Shown here: positions 15,954 through 24,699 of the stretch, one piece after another | Layout of the letters: every line of letters begins with the position of its first letter | How positions within the stretch are numbered: the stretch's first letter is position 1 | Assembly (NCBI GenBank): GCA_040382435.1 | Contig: JBEIFN010000001.1 | Span: 1-57,253, forward strand | Source of the DNA: Alphaproteobacteria bacterium | Lineage (GTDB): Bacteria > Myxococcota_A > UBA796 > GCA-2862545 | Direction of reading: 5' to 3' | Length of the DNA: 57,253 nucleotides | Notes under the pieces: generated by a model | What the model was told of the DNA's origin: nothing | Seen by the model: the letters and a program-made list of their open reading frames with translations, nothing else | Database searches by the model: none | Made by a program: the position numbers and the translations under genes

Positions 15954-17210
15954 ATGGCACCCCAACGCTACCTACGCCTGGTCGCCCTCCTCGCAGGTTT
16001 GCTCCTCGCTCCGGTGATGTTCGTCAACATCGTGGTCGATCCGTTCGGGATCTTCCGTCGTTGGCACCTCCCACACGTGCCCCGCGATCCCGTGTTTTGG
16101 TCGCGCGTGAGCGCCGGCGAGCGGGTGACCGAGAAGTGCCAAGTGGTGCTGATGGGCAGCAGCCGGACCATGCACGGCTACGGGTACGACGTCCCCGATT
16201 GGGGGGGAAAGACCGTCTGCAATGCGGCCGTCGGCGGCACGAGCGTCTGGGAGCAGGTCGAGATCTTCGACCGCGTGCGGTCCTTGAGGCGGCCCAAATT
16301 CGCTGTCTTCTTCGCTGACTTCCATATTTTTAACCCTGCGCGGGGCAGCAATGGCGACTTCGCGCAGTCCCGCTTCAACGACGATCGGTCGCTGCTCACG
16401 TACTACCTGTGGGCGCTGACCTCTCTCGACGCGGTGAAGGCCTCCGCCGAGGTGATGGGGCATCCGATCGGCAAGCCCTCTGCGCGCATCCCGCGCACGC
16501 AGCTCGCGGGCAACCGGCTCGAGATCTACCGGTTCCTCGAGAACCCGCACCTGTACACGGGGTGGACGGGGGACGACGAGACGATGAACGCCTACCTCGA
16601 CATGGTCCAGTCGGCGTTGCGCGACGGCATGCGCGCGGTGATCGTCATCCCTCCCATCCACGCGCTGCTGCTCGAGGCCGAGGCGCGAACCGGGCGGACG
16701 GAGGCGGAGCATGCCTGGAAGCGGCGTTTGACCCAGGAGGTCGCCGATCGGTTCGGCGACCGTGTCCAGCTTTGGGACTTCTCGACCTACCACAAGTTCG
16801 CCACGGACCCGATGCCCGTGGGCGGCGACAGCCCCGCGTCGCCGTGGTGGGTGGACGTGAGCCATCAGAGCGGTCGGCTCGGCTGGCTGGTGATGGCGCG
16901 GCTCATCTACGAGGAAGATCCAGAGTTGGTCCGGTCCTCCGGGAACGCCGACGTCGAGACCTGGGACGACCGCTTCGGGGTTCGTCTCTCGCCGCAGAAC
17001 GTCGAGGCCGTGCTCCACCAGGTCGACGCCGACCGGCAGGCATGGCGGACGGCTCAGCCCGCGCAGGTCGCCTGGCTCGACGCCTGGGCGGAAGAGTTGG
17101 CCGCGCTGGGCGACGGCAAGCGACCGTCGGTATTCGGACCCGCGGCCGACGATCCCGACGACCTCCCGTCGGCGGCCGAGATCGAGGCGCGGATCGAGGC
17201 CGCACCGTAG
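15954..17210 (+). CDS. Membrane-anchored DltD/SGNH-like partner protein of the MBOAT (function inferred)
   Basis: Starts 8 nt after the MBOAT stop, with GAGG upstream. One N-terminal TM helix. VVLMGSSRTM gives a possible nucleophile Ser as in the DltD GSSE block. WWVDVSHQ gives a DxxH block. The rest has no motif I recognise. Confidence 0.55.
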   Translation: MAPQRYLRLVALLAGLLLAPVMFVNIVVDPFGIFRRWHLPHVPRDPVFWSRVSAGERVTEKCQVVLMGSSRTMHGYGYDVPDWGGKTVCNAAVGGTSVWEQVEIFDRVRSLRRPKFAVFFADFHIFNPARGSNGDFAQSRFNDDRSLLTYYLWALTSLDAVKASAEVMGHPIGKPSARIPRTQLAGNRLEIYRFLENPHLYTGWTGDDETMNAYLDMVQSALRDGMRAVIVIPPIHALLLEAEARTGRTEAEHAWKRRLTQEVADRFGDRVQLWDFSTYHKFATDPMPVGGDSPASPWWVDVSHQSGRLGWLVMARLIYEEDPELVRSSGNADVETWDDRFGVRLSPQNVEAVLHQVDADRQAWRTAQPAQVAWLDAWAEELAALGDGKRPSVFGPAADDPDDLPSAAEIEARIEAAP

Positions 17211-17225
17211 CGCTGGGGGACGGGC

Positions 17226-17903
17226 CTAGGGCGTGGGCGGCGGCGCCCAAGCGTCGATCGGGATGCCTTCCCACGAGCCCGTTCCGGGCGCAGGAGCGGC
17301 GGGTTCCAGCGGTTCCATCGCCACAGGCTCGCCGACGACGTCGGAGATCCGCCGTGCCGCTTGCTCGGCGAGCGCGTCCATGTTGGGGACGACCACCCCG
17401 AGCGTTTGGGTGCGATCGGCCACGCTCGCGACGCCCTCGTCGAGCGCGTCGGCCACGGCGTCCAGCTCGGCTTCGACCTTGAGCCGGACGTCGGGGGACC
17501 ACTGGGTGCGGCTGCTCATCGCGGCCACGGCCCGCTCGAGACGCCCCATGGTGCGATCGGCGGCGCGGTCAGCCGCGACCGAGGCGGCGGTGGCGAGCGC
17601 GTCGCGGGCGCCGACCACGGGCGCGAGGCTCGCGGATGGACCCAGCTCGGCGAGCGTCGGGGCGAGGCTCGGGTCGTCCTGCGCCTCGGGGGGAGGCGGC
17701 GTGGGGGCCGTCCCGGCTGGCGGTGCTGCGGGGGGCGGTGGCTCGACGTCCGCCGGCCGTGCGGTCGCGGGCGACAGCGGTGCGGGCGCGTCCGCGCCGG
17801 TATCTTCGGCCACCGTGGGGCGTGTCAGCCATGCCAACACGAGGACGACCGTCGCCCCCATCACGACGGGGATCCACCATGCGGTCCGTTGCTGGCCCTC
17901 CAT
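17226..17903 (-). CDS. Hypothetical membrane-anchored Pro/Ala-rich protein
   Basis: ATG 17903 is preceded by GGAGG. One TM helix (WWIPVVMGATVVLVLAWL), then a low-complexity Pro-rich spacer and an Ala-rich helical region. Confidence 0.55.
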   Translation of the reverse strand: MEGQQRTAWWIPVVMGATVVLVLAWLTRPTVAEDTGADAPAPLSPATARPADVEPPPPAAPPAGTAPTPPPPEAQDDPSLAPTLAELGPSASLAPVVGARDALATAASVAADRAADRTMGRLERAVAAMSSRTQWSPDVRLKVEAELDAVADALDEGVASVADRTQTLGVVVPNMDALAEQAARRISDVVGEPVAMEPLEPAAPAPGTGSWEGIPIDAWAPPPTP

Positions 17904-17950
17904 GAACGCCTCCGACCGGACGGTTATCGCGCTGCGGCCAAGGAGCCTTC

Positions 17951-18649
17951 ATGTCGAACACGCTGCCGATCGTCCCGATGCTCGGAGGTGCGGACTTCGC
18001 GGTCCGCCGGATCTTGTGCATCGGTCGCAACTACGCCGAGCACGCGGCCGAGATGGGGGCGGACGTCCGGGAGCCGCCGTTTCACTTCACCAAGTCCTTG
18101 CCTGCGCTGTTCATCGCGGACGGCCCAACGGCTTGGCCGTATCCCGCCGCGACGTCGGACTGTCATCACGAGCTCGAGGTCGTGATCGCGCTTGGATGTG
18201 GGGGCGCGGACCTCACGCCGGATCAGGGGGCTGCGTGCGTCGTGGGCTGGGGCTTGGGTCTGGACATGACGCGGCGCGATCTTCAGACCGCCGCGAAGAA
18301 GGCGGGCCGCCCCTGGGCATCGGGCAAGGACTTCGACGGCGCAGCGATCTGCACGCCGCTCGTCCCGTCCTCGGTGTTCTCGCCCGGTGCGCAAGGTCCG
18401 CTGGTCCTGCGCGTGGACGAGGTCGAGCGGCAGCGCGGCGACCTCTCACAGCTGCTGTGGCCAGTGCCGGCGCTGATCGCGCAGCTGAGCACGCTGATGA
18501 CACTCGGCGCGGGCGACCTCATCTACACGGGGACGCCCGCGGGTGTGGGGCCCGTCGCGGTCGGTCAGACGCTGGTGGGGACGTTCCCCGGTCTACCGAC
18601 GCTCACGGTGACCGTGGTCTCGCGTGAGGTGGCCCATGGCGTGGTCTGA
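17951..18649 (+). CDS. Fumarylacetoacetate hydrolase (FAH) family protein
   Basis: AAGGAG lies 6 nt upstream. [27 protein letters not shown] and [19 protein letters not shown] are FAH-fold blocks. Confidence 0.88.
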   Translation: MSNTLPIVPMLGGADFAVRRILCIGRNYAEHAAEMGADVREPPFHFTKSLPALFIADGPTAWPYPAATSDCHHELEVVIALGCGGADLTPDQGAACVVGWGLGLDMTRRDLQTAAKKAGRPWASGKDFDGAAICTPLVPSSVFSPGAQGPLVLRVDEVERQRGDLSQLLWPVPALIAQLSTLMTLGAGDLIYTGTPAGVGPVAVGQTLVGTFPGLPTLTVTVVSREVAHGVV

Positions 18650-19568
18650 GGCGGACCTCCCCGACCTGTCGCGGCGTCGCTTTGTCGTCACGGGGGCCAA
18701 CAGCGGGCTCGGTTGGGAGACCGCGCGCGCGCTCGCGTCGCGTGGGGGCGAGGTCGTGATGGCGTGTCGGAACCCCGCCAAGGCGACGGCCGCGGCGGAC
18801 GGCATCCGCGAGCGGGTACCCGGGGCGAAGCTGACGTTGCTCGCGCTCGACCTTGGGGATCTCGCCTCGGTCCGCGCCGCGTCGGCCGCGTTGCTCGCCG
18901 AGGGACGGCCGATCGATGGGTTGATCAACAACGCCGGCGTGATGGCGGTGCCCCAAGGGCAAACGGTGGACGGCTTCGAGATCCAGTTTGGCACCAACCA
19001 TCTGGGCCACTTCGCCTGGACGGCCGCGCTGCTCCCGCTGGTGCAGGACGCCGCCGCAGGTCGCGTGGTCACCGTGGCGTCCTCGGCCCATCACTTCGGT
19101 TGGATGCGTTGGGGCGATCTCCAGCGGACCCGTCGCTACCATCCCTGGCTCGCCTACGGGCAGAGCAAGCTGAGCAACTTGCTGTTCACCTACGCCCTCG
19201 ATCGCCGCCTACGCGCAGCCGGAAGCGCGGTCCGCGCGCTCGCCGCCCACCCCGGCTACGCCGACACCAACCTGCAGTACGTCGCGCCTGCGCAACGCGG
19301 GTCGTCGCTCGAGCTCGCCGGAATGCGTCTCGGCAACCGCTGGGTGGCGCAGTCGGCCGCCGATGGGGCGCTGCCGACGTTGCGCGCGGCGTGCGACCCC
19401 GACGCGCCGTCGGGCGCGTACTACGGACCCGGGGGGTGGTTCGAGATGCGGGGGCCGCCGGTGGCGGTGCGCAGCAACGCGCGCAGCCGGTCCGTCGACG
19501 ATCAGGAGCGGCTGTGGTCGGAGAGCCTCGCGCTGACGGGGGCGACCTGGCCTGCGTGGCTCGCGTGA
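18636..19568 (+). CDS. Short-chain dehydrogenase/reductase (SDR)
   Basis: ATG 18636 overlaps the FAH gene end by 14 nt, with GAGG upstream. TGANSGLG cofactor motif; YGQSK catalytic Y-x3-K. Confidence 0.88.
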   Translation: MAWSEADLPDLSRRRFVVTGANSGLGWETARALASRGGEVVMACRNPAKATAAADGIRERVPGAKLTLLALDLGDLASVRAASAALLAEGRPIDGLINNAGVMAVPQGQTVDGFEIQFGTNHLGHFAWTAALLPLVQDAAAGRVVTVASSAHHFGWMRWGDLQRTRRYHPWLAYGQSKLSNLLFTYALDRRLRAAGSAVRALAAHPGYADTNLQYVAPAQRGSSLELAGMRLGNRWVAQSAADGALPTLRAACDPDAPSGAYYGPGGWFEMRGPPVAVRSNARSRSVDDQERLWSESLALTGATWPAWLA

Positions 19569-20611
19569 GCGACGCTGCCTACGAGGTGCTGCGCGCGTGG
19601 GAGGCCGTCGACGGGCTGACGCTGCGGCCGGCGGCGAGCGGCTTGATCAACACAACCTTCCTGCTCTCCGATGACCGGGGCCAGACGGTGGCGGTGCTTC
19701 AGCGGCTCCACGGTGGGGTGTTCCGGCCGACGGTGCATCTCGACACGGACGGCTTGATGCCCTTCGTCCGGTCCGCGGGCCTTCAGGCACCGCGCTTGAT
19801 TCGGACCCGTTCAGGTGCGTTGTGGCACGAGGCCGAGGACGGGTGTTGGCGGATGATGACTGTGGTGGGGGCCTCGACGCACGACGTCGCACCCTCTCTG
19901 GCCCACGTCGCGTCTGCGGCCGGTTTGGTCGCGCGCTTTCACGGCGCGCTCGCCGGCGTCGACTGGACGTTTCATCACGTTCGTCCCGCGCCCCACGACA
20001 CCGCGGCACGCCTGTCGGCGCTGCAGGGCGCGCTCGTCGAGCACCGCGGCCACCGTCATCACGACGCCGTCGCCGGCCTCGCCGATCAACTTGGCGCTCT
20101 GTACGCCCAGATCGCGCGGGATACCCCCGCCGCACTGCCCACCCGCATCGTGCATGGCGACCTAAAGCTTTCCAATGTTCGCTTCGATGGCGAAACCGCG
20201 GTGGCGTTGATCGACCTCGACACCCTCGCCCACGGCACGCTGGACGCCGAGCTCGGCGATGCGATGCGAAGCTGGTGCGGCCGGGGCGGGGAGGACGCCG
20301 CGGCGATCGCGGTCGATATCGACACGTTCGGCGCGGCCATGCGCGGCTACGCGTCGGCGGCGGGTGCTTGGGGGCCGACCGAGGACGAATGGGCGAGCCT
20401 TGTCGTCGGCACGGCGCGCATCGCGGCCGAGCTCGCGATGCGGTTCGCCGCAGACGCGCTCGCAGAGCGCTACTTCGGCTGGGATCGCGCCAAGTTCGCG
20501 TCCGCTGGCGATCACAACCTGTTGCGGGCGCGCGGACAGGCGAGCTTGGCGGCCGCCGTATGGGCGGCGCGCCGGGAAGCGGAGCGAGAGCTCGCCGCGG
20601 CGCGCGCCTAG
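19565..20611 (+). CDS. Aminoglycoside-phosphotransferase-fold (APH / homoserine-kinase-II-like) small-molecule kinase
   Basis: GTG 19565 overlaps the SDR stop (GTGA). The first in-frame ATG (MPF...) lies about 60 codons into the conserved N-terminal region of the fold, so an upstream non-ATG start is needed. [13 protein letters not shown]...[10 protein letters not shown] is the Brenner/DxD catalytic motif. Confidence 0.8.
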   Translation: MSDAAYEVLRAWEAVDGLTLRPAASGLINTTFLLSDDRGQTVAVLQRLHGGVFRPTVHLDTDGLMPFVRSAGLQAPRLIRTRSGALWHEAEDGCWRMMTVVGASTHDVAPSLAHVASAAGLVARFHGALAGVDWTFHHVRPAPHDTAARLSALQGALVEHRGHRHHDAVAGLADQLGALYAQIARDTPAALPTRIVHGDLKLSNVRFDGETAVALIDLDTLAHGTLDAELGDAMRSWCGRGGEDAAAIAVDIDTFGAAMRGYASAAGAWGPTEDEWASLVVGTARIAAELAMRFAADALAERYFGWDRAKFASAGDHNLLRARGQASLAAAVWAARREAERELAAARA

Positions 20612-20617
20612 GACGCC

Positions 20618-20974
20618 TCAGTTCTCGACGTCGTCCTCGGAGTCGTCGTCGTCCTCGGAGTCGTCGTCGTCCTCGAGCTCGTCGCCGAACAGGATCTCCT
20701 CGGCGACCTCGAACACGCGCTCGAGCAGCGCCTCGTCCTCGACCGGGTCGAGGTCGACACCCTCGTCGGTCTCCTTGTAGGCGAAGGCGTAGAGGTCAAA
20801 CCCCGGGCCCTCGTCTTCCTCCGACTCCATCGCCTCGAGCTGATCAAGCGGCGCGAGGACCGCGAACGTGCCCTCTTCGAGCTCGACCAAGGTGAGCAGC
20901 GCGAACTCGCGGTCGTTGCCCTCCTCGTCGGTGAGCGTGACGGTCTCGTACTCGACTTCTTCCTGCTGGCTCAT
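20618..20974 (-). CDS. DUF1292-family acidic small protein
   Basis: VTLTDEEGNDREFALLTLVELEEGTFAVLAP...LYAFAYKETDEG is the DUF1292 pattern, followed by a highly acidic tail. Confidence 0.8.
   Translation of the reverse strand: MSQQEEVEYETVTLTDEEGNDREFALLTLVELEEGTFAVLAPLDQLEAMESEEDEGPGFDLYAFAYKETDEGVDLDPVEDEALLERVFEVAEEILFGDELEDDDDSEDDDDSEDDVEN
20631..20666. repeat. Perfect 18-bp tandem duplication inside the DUF1292 gene tail
   Basis: tcgtcctcggagtcgtcg occurs twice, plus a partial third copy. It encodes the DDDDSE DDDDSE tail. Confidence 0.85.
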
Positions 20975-21127
20975 GTCGACCTCCTCAGGGTCGGCGGGGG
21001 TAACCTACTGTCACGCAGGGGCCACGCACCCGGTGCGGGTTGGCGTGTTCGTCACCGCAGCGACGGCGATCGGAGTTGGTGTTAGGCCGGCGCGAGCCCG
21101 GTCTTGCGGCAGGGCGCAGGAGGTCGC

Positions 21128-22099
21128 ATGGGCGCGTTCGCTACCGTCACCGGGGCCATTGGGGCCGGACTCGTCGGGCTACTCGGGGCGGCGAAGTTCA
21201 AGGTGTCGCGGTCCGACGGCACGTACCTGAAGGTGCCGAAGTTCCGGCGGATGATGTTTCACATCATGCCGACGCGCAATGAGTCGATCGTCTACTTCGA
21301 CCGCGTGATCCGCGCGGAGGCGCTCGAGGCGTTCCTCGGCGAGAGCAAGGCGTTCGGGGCCAACCTCACCCATGTCGCCGTCGCCGCGATCAACATCGGG
21401 CTCGCCGAGAACCCACGGATGAACCAGTTCGTCGTCGGCCGCCGGATGTACGCCCGCAAGGGACGCTGGATCACCTTCAGCATGAAGCGCAAGAAGCTCG
21501 ACAAAGAGGCCAAGCTCTCGGCGGTCAAGTTGCAGATGCAGGACGGCGAGACCTTCCGGCAGCTTACGGAGCGGATCAACGGCGGCGTGGCGTACGAGCG
21601 TTCCGGCGAAAAGACCCCTTCGGATAAGGAGTTCGATCTGCTCGACCTGCTGCCGCGGCTCGGTCTCGACGGCGCGAACAAGCTCATCCGCTGGTTGGAC
21701 TACCACAACCTGCTGCCGGCCTTCTTCATCGAGGGCGACGGCATGTACACGAGCTGCTTCATCGCCAACCTCGGCAGCGTCGGGATGGGTCCGGGCTACC
21801 ACCACCTCTACGAGCACGGAACGTGCCCGTTGTTCTTGATGATCGGACAGGTCGAAGAGCGTCCGGTGGTCGAGAACGGAGAGGTCAAGGTCGGGCGCGT
21901 GCTCCCGCTGCGCTTCAGCTACGACGAGCGCATCGCCGACGGTCTCACGGCGAAGTTCGGCATCGAGTCCACCGTCAAGGTGATGGAGGACCCGTACCGT
22001 TGGCTGGGTTGTGTCAAGGCCGACGGCAGTGACGCCGCGCGCGTGATGTGGCCGCACGGCGACACGGTGACCCATGACGACGCAGGCGCGGACGGCTGA
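21128..22099 (+). CDS. 2-oxoacid dehydrogenase E2 / CAT-fold acyltransferase-like protein with an atypical active-site motif
   Basis: ATG 21128 follows GGAGG. N-terminal hydrophobic segment. The C-terminal block LRFSYDERIADG corresponds to the E2 DHRxxDG motif but has Glu in place of the catalytic His. Confidence 0.7.
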   Translation: MGAFATVTGAIGAGLVGLLGAAKFKVSRSDGTYLKVPKFRRMMFHIMPTRNESIVYFDRVIRAEALEAFLGESKAFGANLTHVAVAAINIGLAENPRMNQFVVGRRMYARKGRWITFSMKRKKLDKEAKLSAVKLQMQDGETFRQLTERINGGVAYERSGEKTPSDKEFDLLDLLPRLGLDGANKLIRWLDYHNLLPAFFIEGDGMYTSCFIANLGSVGMGPGYHHLYEHGTCPLFLMIGQVEERPVVENGEVKVGRVLPLRFSYDERIADGLTAKFGIESTVKVMEDPYRWLGCVKADGSDAARVMWPHGDTVTHDDAGADG

Positions 22100-22464
22100 T
22101 GCGCGTCCGCATCCTCGGCGGCCTGGCCCTGGCGGGCTGTGTCGCCACCTACCACGACCCGCGCGCCACAGGGGTCGTGATCGACCCGCCGCCGGGCGAT
22201 GTCCAGGGGCCGGTCACCCTGTTGGTGGCCAACGAGCGGCCCGACCCGCTGCGGTGTGTCATTGTCGAGGGTCAAGGATGCCCGTCGGTCGCAGATCGCG
22301 TCTCGGTCTGGCAGACCTTGGCGCCTGGTGATGTGGTCCGCGTCGACGACGTCGCGTGCGCGGTGCTCGACGTCGCGTGTTGGGATGGCGAGGTTGACGG
22401 GACGGTGCGCCCGGTGCGTCAATGGGGCTGGGTGGTGCTGCCGGCTGACGACACGGATCTCTGA
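22099..22464 (+). CDS. Small hypothetical lipoprotein
   Basis: ATG shares one nucleotide with the upstream TGA (TGATG). Lipobox LAGC-V. Four Cys residues. No family recognised. Confidence 0.6.
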   Translation: MRVRILGGLALAGCVATYHDPRATGVVIDPPPGDVQGPVTLLVANERPDPLRCVIVEGQGCPSVADRVSVWQTLAPGDVVRVDDVACAVLDVACWDGEVDGTVRPVRQWGWVVLPADDTDL

Positions 22465-23615
22465 TGTGGTCTCCTGACGCCGTTCTGCGCGTCCCGGTCA
22501 GCGACGCTGTCGCGCTGCGGGTGTTTCTGTTCGGACCTGCTGACGGAACCCCCGTGGTGTTGCTGCACGGGTTCCCCGAGTGGGCCGGGGCTTGGCGGGA
22601 GGTCGCGCCTGCGCTCGCCGCGGCGGGCTACCGCGTGATCGTCCCCGACCAGCGTGGCTACGGCGGCTCCGACGCGCCGCGCGGGGCGGCGGACTACGCG
22701 ATCGCTGCGCTGATCGCCGACATCGCGACGTTGCTCGAACGGCTCGACGCGAGCCCGGCGCATGTCGTGGGCCACGACTGGGGGGCAGCCGTCGCTTTTG
22801 GGGTCGCCGTGGCGCACCCCGAGCGCGTACGGACGCTCACCGTCACCAACGGGCCCTACCCACCCGCCCTCAAGGTCGCTTGGGGACGCTCGCCCCGCGC
22901 CGCGCTGGGGTCGTCGTATATGGCGTTGTTTCAGCTGCCGTGGCTGCCCGAGCGGCTGATGATGGCGCTCGCGCCGCGGTTGCTCGCCGCGATGGCGCCC
23001 ACGGGGTTCTCTGCGGCGACGCTGGGTTGGTACCGTCGTGAGGCTTGGTCCTCACCCGAGGCGTTTCGAGGACCCTTGATGTGGTACCGGGCGCTCCGTT
23101 TTGGGGGATTTCCGCGGGGTCGGGTCACCGCCCCGACGCGTCTGGTCTGGGGGGCGCGCGACGCGATCATGTCGGTCGCGGTCGCCAGGGCTTCTGCGAC
23201 GATCGCCGAGCACGCCGAGGTGCGCGTCGTGGACGAGGCGGGACATTTTCTCCCGGCGGAGGCGCCGCAGACGCTGGTCTCGGCCGTGCTCGATCACCTC
23301 GCAGACCACGGCGGCCCCGTCCCGTACGTCTTCAAGATCGCGGACGCTGCCACGTGGGAGGCGGTGGACGAGGCTTGGCGGGGAGCACCTGTCGACGAGG
23401 CAGACGGGTACATCCACCTCTCAGCTGCGCACCAGGTGGGGGGCACGCTCGCCAAGCACTTTCGGGACGTCGCGGGCCTCGTGCTGCTGACGGTCGACCC
23501 CGCGCGGCTACCTTCGGGTGCGCTTCGCTGGGAGATCAGCCGCGACGGCAAGCCGTTCCCGCACTTGTACGGCGCGCTCCCTCGCGCGGCGGTCGTCGCC
23601 GTCCGGCCGATCTAG
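22464..23615 (+). CDS. Alpha/beta hydrolase (epoxide-hydrolase/haloalkane-dehalogenase-like) fused to a C-terminal DUF952 domain
   Basis: TGATG coupling at the start. HGFPE oxyanion block and GHDWG nucleophile elbow. The C-terminal ~100 aa (YIHLSAAHQV...LVLLTVDP...FPHLYGALP) is the DUF952 pattern. Confidence 0.85.
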   Translation: MWSPDAVLRVPVSDAVALRVFLFGPADGTPVVLLHGFPEWAGAWREVAPALAAAGYRVIVPDQRGYGGSDAPRGAADYAIAALIADIATLLERLDASPAHVVGHDWGAAVAFGVAVAHPERVRTLTVTNGPYPPALKVAWGRSPRAALGSSYMALFQLPWLPERLMMALAPRLLAAMAPTGFSAATLGWYRREAWSSPEAFRGPLMWYRALRFGGFPRGRVTAPTRLVWGARDAIMSVAVARASATIAEHAEVRVVDEAGHFLPAEAPQTLVSAVLDHLADHGGPVPYVFKIADAATWEAVDEAWRGAPVDEADGYIHLSAAHQVGGTLAKHFRDVAGLVLLTVDPARLPSGALRWEISRDGKPFPHLYGALPRAAVVAVRPI

Positions 23616-24604
23616 GCCTGGCTGCGCAGCCCGTAGGCGTCAAGCGGGTGCGTCGCGAGCGGGGCGATGATGCGGTAGATCTCGGCGGGCAGCGGCCGTT
23701 GGTAGCGCCCGTCGACGACGGGTGGGTATTTCGGAAAGACCACGGCGCCTCCGGTCGGTGCGAGCAATGGCGGGGTGCCGGGCGCGTGGAGGGGCTCGCC
23801 CGCGGCGACCCTCTGGAAGTTGACCAGTCCTGGCCGCAACGCCAGTCCGTCGTGCGCGAACGGCTCGCGGTGGACGGTCTCGAAGAACGCGATCTCGGGT
23901 TGTGCGCGTGCGAGGTCGGCGAGGGACTGTCCTTGAGCGATCGCGGTGGCGACGGCGATCGCGCGCCGGACCGCCGCTTCGGCACGGGCCTCGGCACCGT
24001 GATCGAACCCCTTCTCGCCAAGCTCCAGCGTCAGACCAGGCTTACCTGCGAGTCGGACGTACTCGTCGGCGCAGACGCCCGACAGGCTGAAGGTCACGTC
24101 GGGCGCGCGCGTGATCCACACCGCGGCGCCCGCGATCGCGCGTGCCCACTGCCAGCCGGGCACCTGAAACGGAAAGATCCAGAACGGTTCGACCGACGGC
24201 TGGATCGTCTGATGCAGATCCAAGAACACGTCGGCGGCGTCGAGCAGTGGCTTCAGCACGGCCGCGCGGCGTCCCTCGTGCGAATCGGACGGCTTCTCGG
24301 TGAACTCACGGTTGAGGTCGGTCTCGAGGAAGCGCTGGTTCGCGAGCCCGGCCTCGGCATTTCCGAGGAAGAACGTCACCCGGCCCGGAAGGGTCAGGCG
24401 ACCGGCGACGAGATCCTCCATCACGGCGAGGACGCCGGGGAGCGTGCCGCATTCTTCGCCGTGGACCATCGTGCCGACGACGAGGTGGCTCGGGTGGCGT
24501 CCCTCGCCGTGCGTGGAGGTGTCGGCGGGCGCTTCGGGTGCAGGGGTCGCCAACGCGCGGAAGCGGTCGATCAGGGGTTGCAGGCGGTCGCGGTGCGTCG
24601 TCAT
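23612..24604 (-). CDS. Succinylglutamate desuccinylase/aspartoacylase (AstE/AspA) family zinc hydrolase
   Basis: VGTMVHGEECG carries the HxxE zinc ligands, followed by NREF and DLHQ blocks. Its TAG shares a CTAG with the convergent gene. Confidence 0.8.
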   Translation of the reverse strand: MTTHRDRLQPLIDRFRALATPAPEAPADTSTHGEGRHPSHLVVGTMVHGEECGTLPGVLAVMEDLVAGRLTLPGRVTFFLGNAEAGLANQRFLETDLNREFTEKPSDSHEGRRAAVLKPLLDAADVFLDLHQTIQPSVEPFWIFPFQVPGWQWARAIAGAAVWITRAPDVTFSLSGVCADEYVRLAGKPGLTLELGEKGFDHGAEARAEAAVRRAIAVATAIAQGQSLADLARAQPEIAFFETVHREPFAHDGLALRPGLVNFQRVAAGEPLHAPGTPPLLAPTGGAVVFPKYPPVVDGRYQRPLPAEIYRIIAPLATHPLDAYGLRSQA

Positions 24605-24699
24605 GAGGAGCCTTCCGTGGCTCCGTTATCGTCACACCGCCGCGCGGGCAGGGCCGGCTTGGCCGCGGCGGGATAAATTGGCGGTCTTGTGAGGTGGGC

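Noticed and set aside
24607-24624. Hairpin GGAGCC-ttccgt-GGCTCC and an AT-rich ATAAAT element in the bioB / AstE-like divergent region, as a biotin operator.
   Set aside because: The hairpin overlaps the Shine-Dalgarno of the minus-strand gene rather than bioB. No extended inverted repeat resembling BirA, BioQ or BioR operators was recognisable. The evidence is too weak to call.
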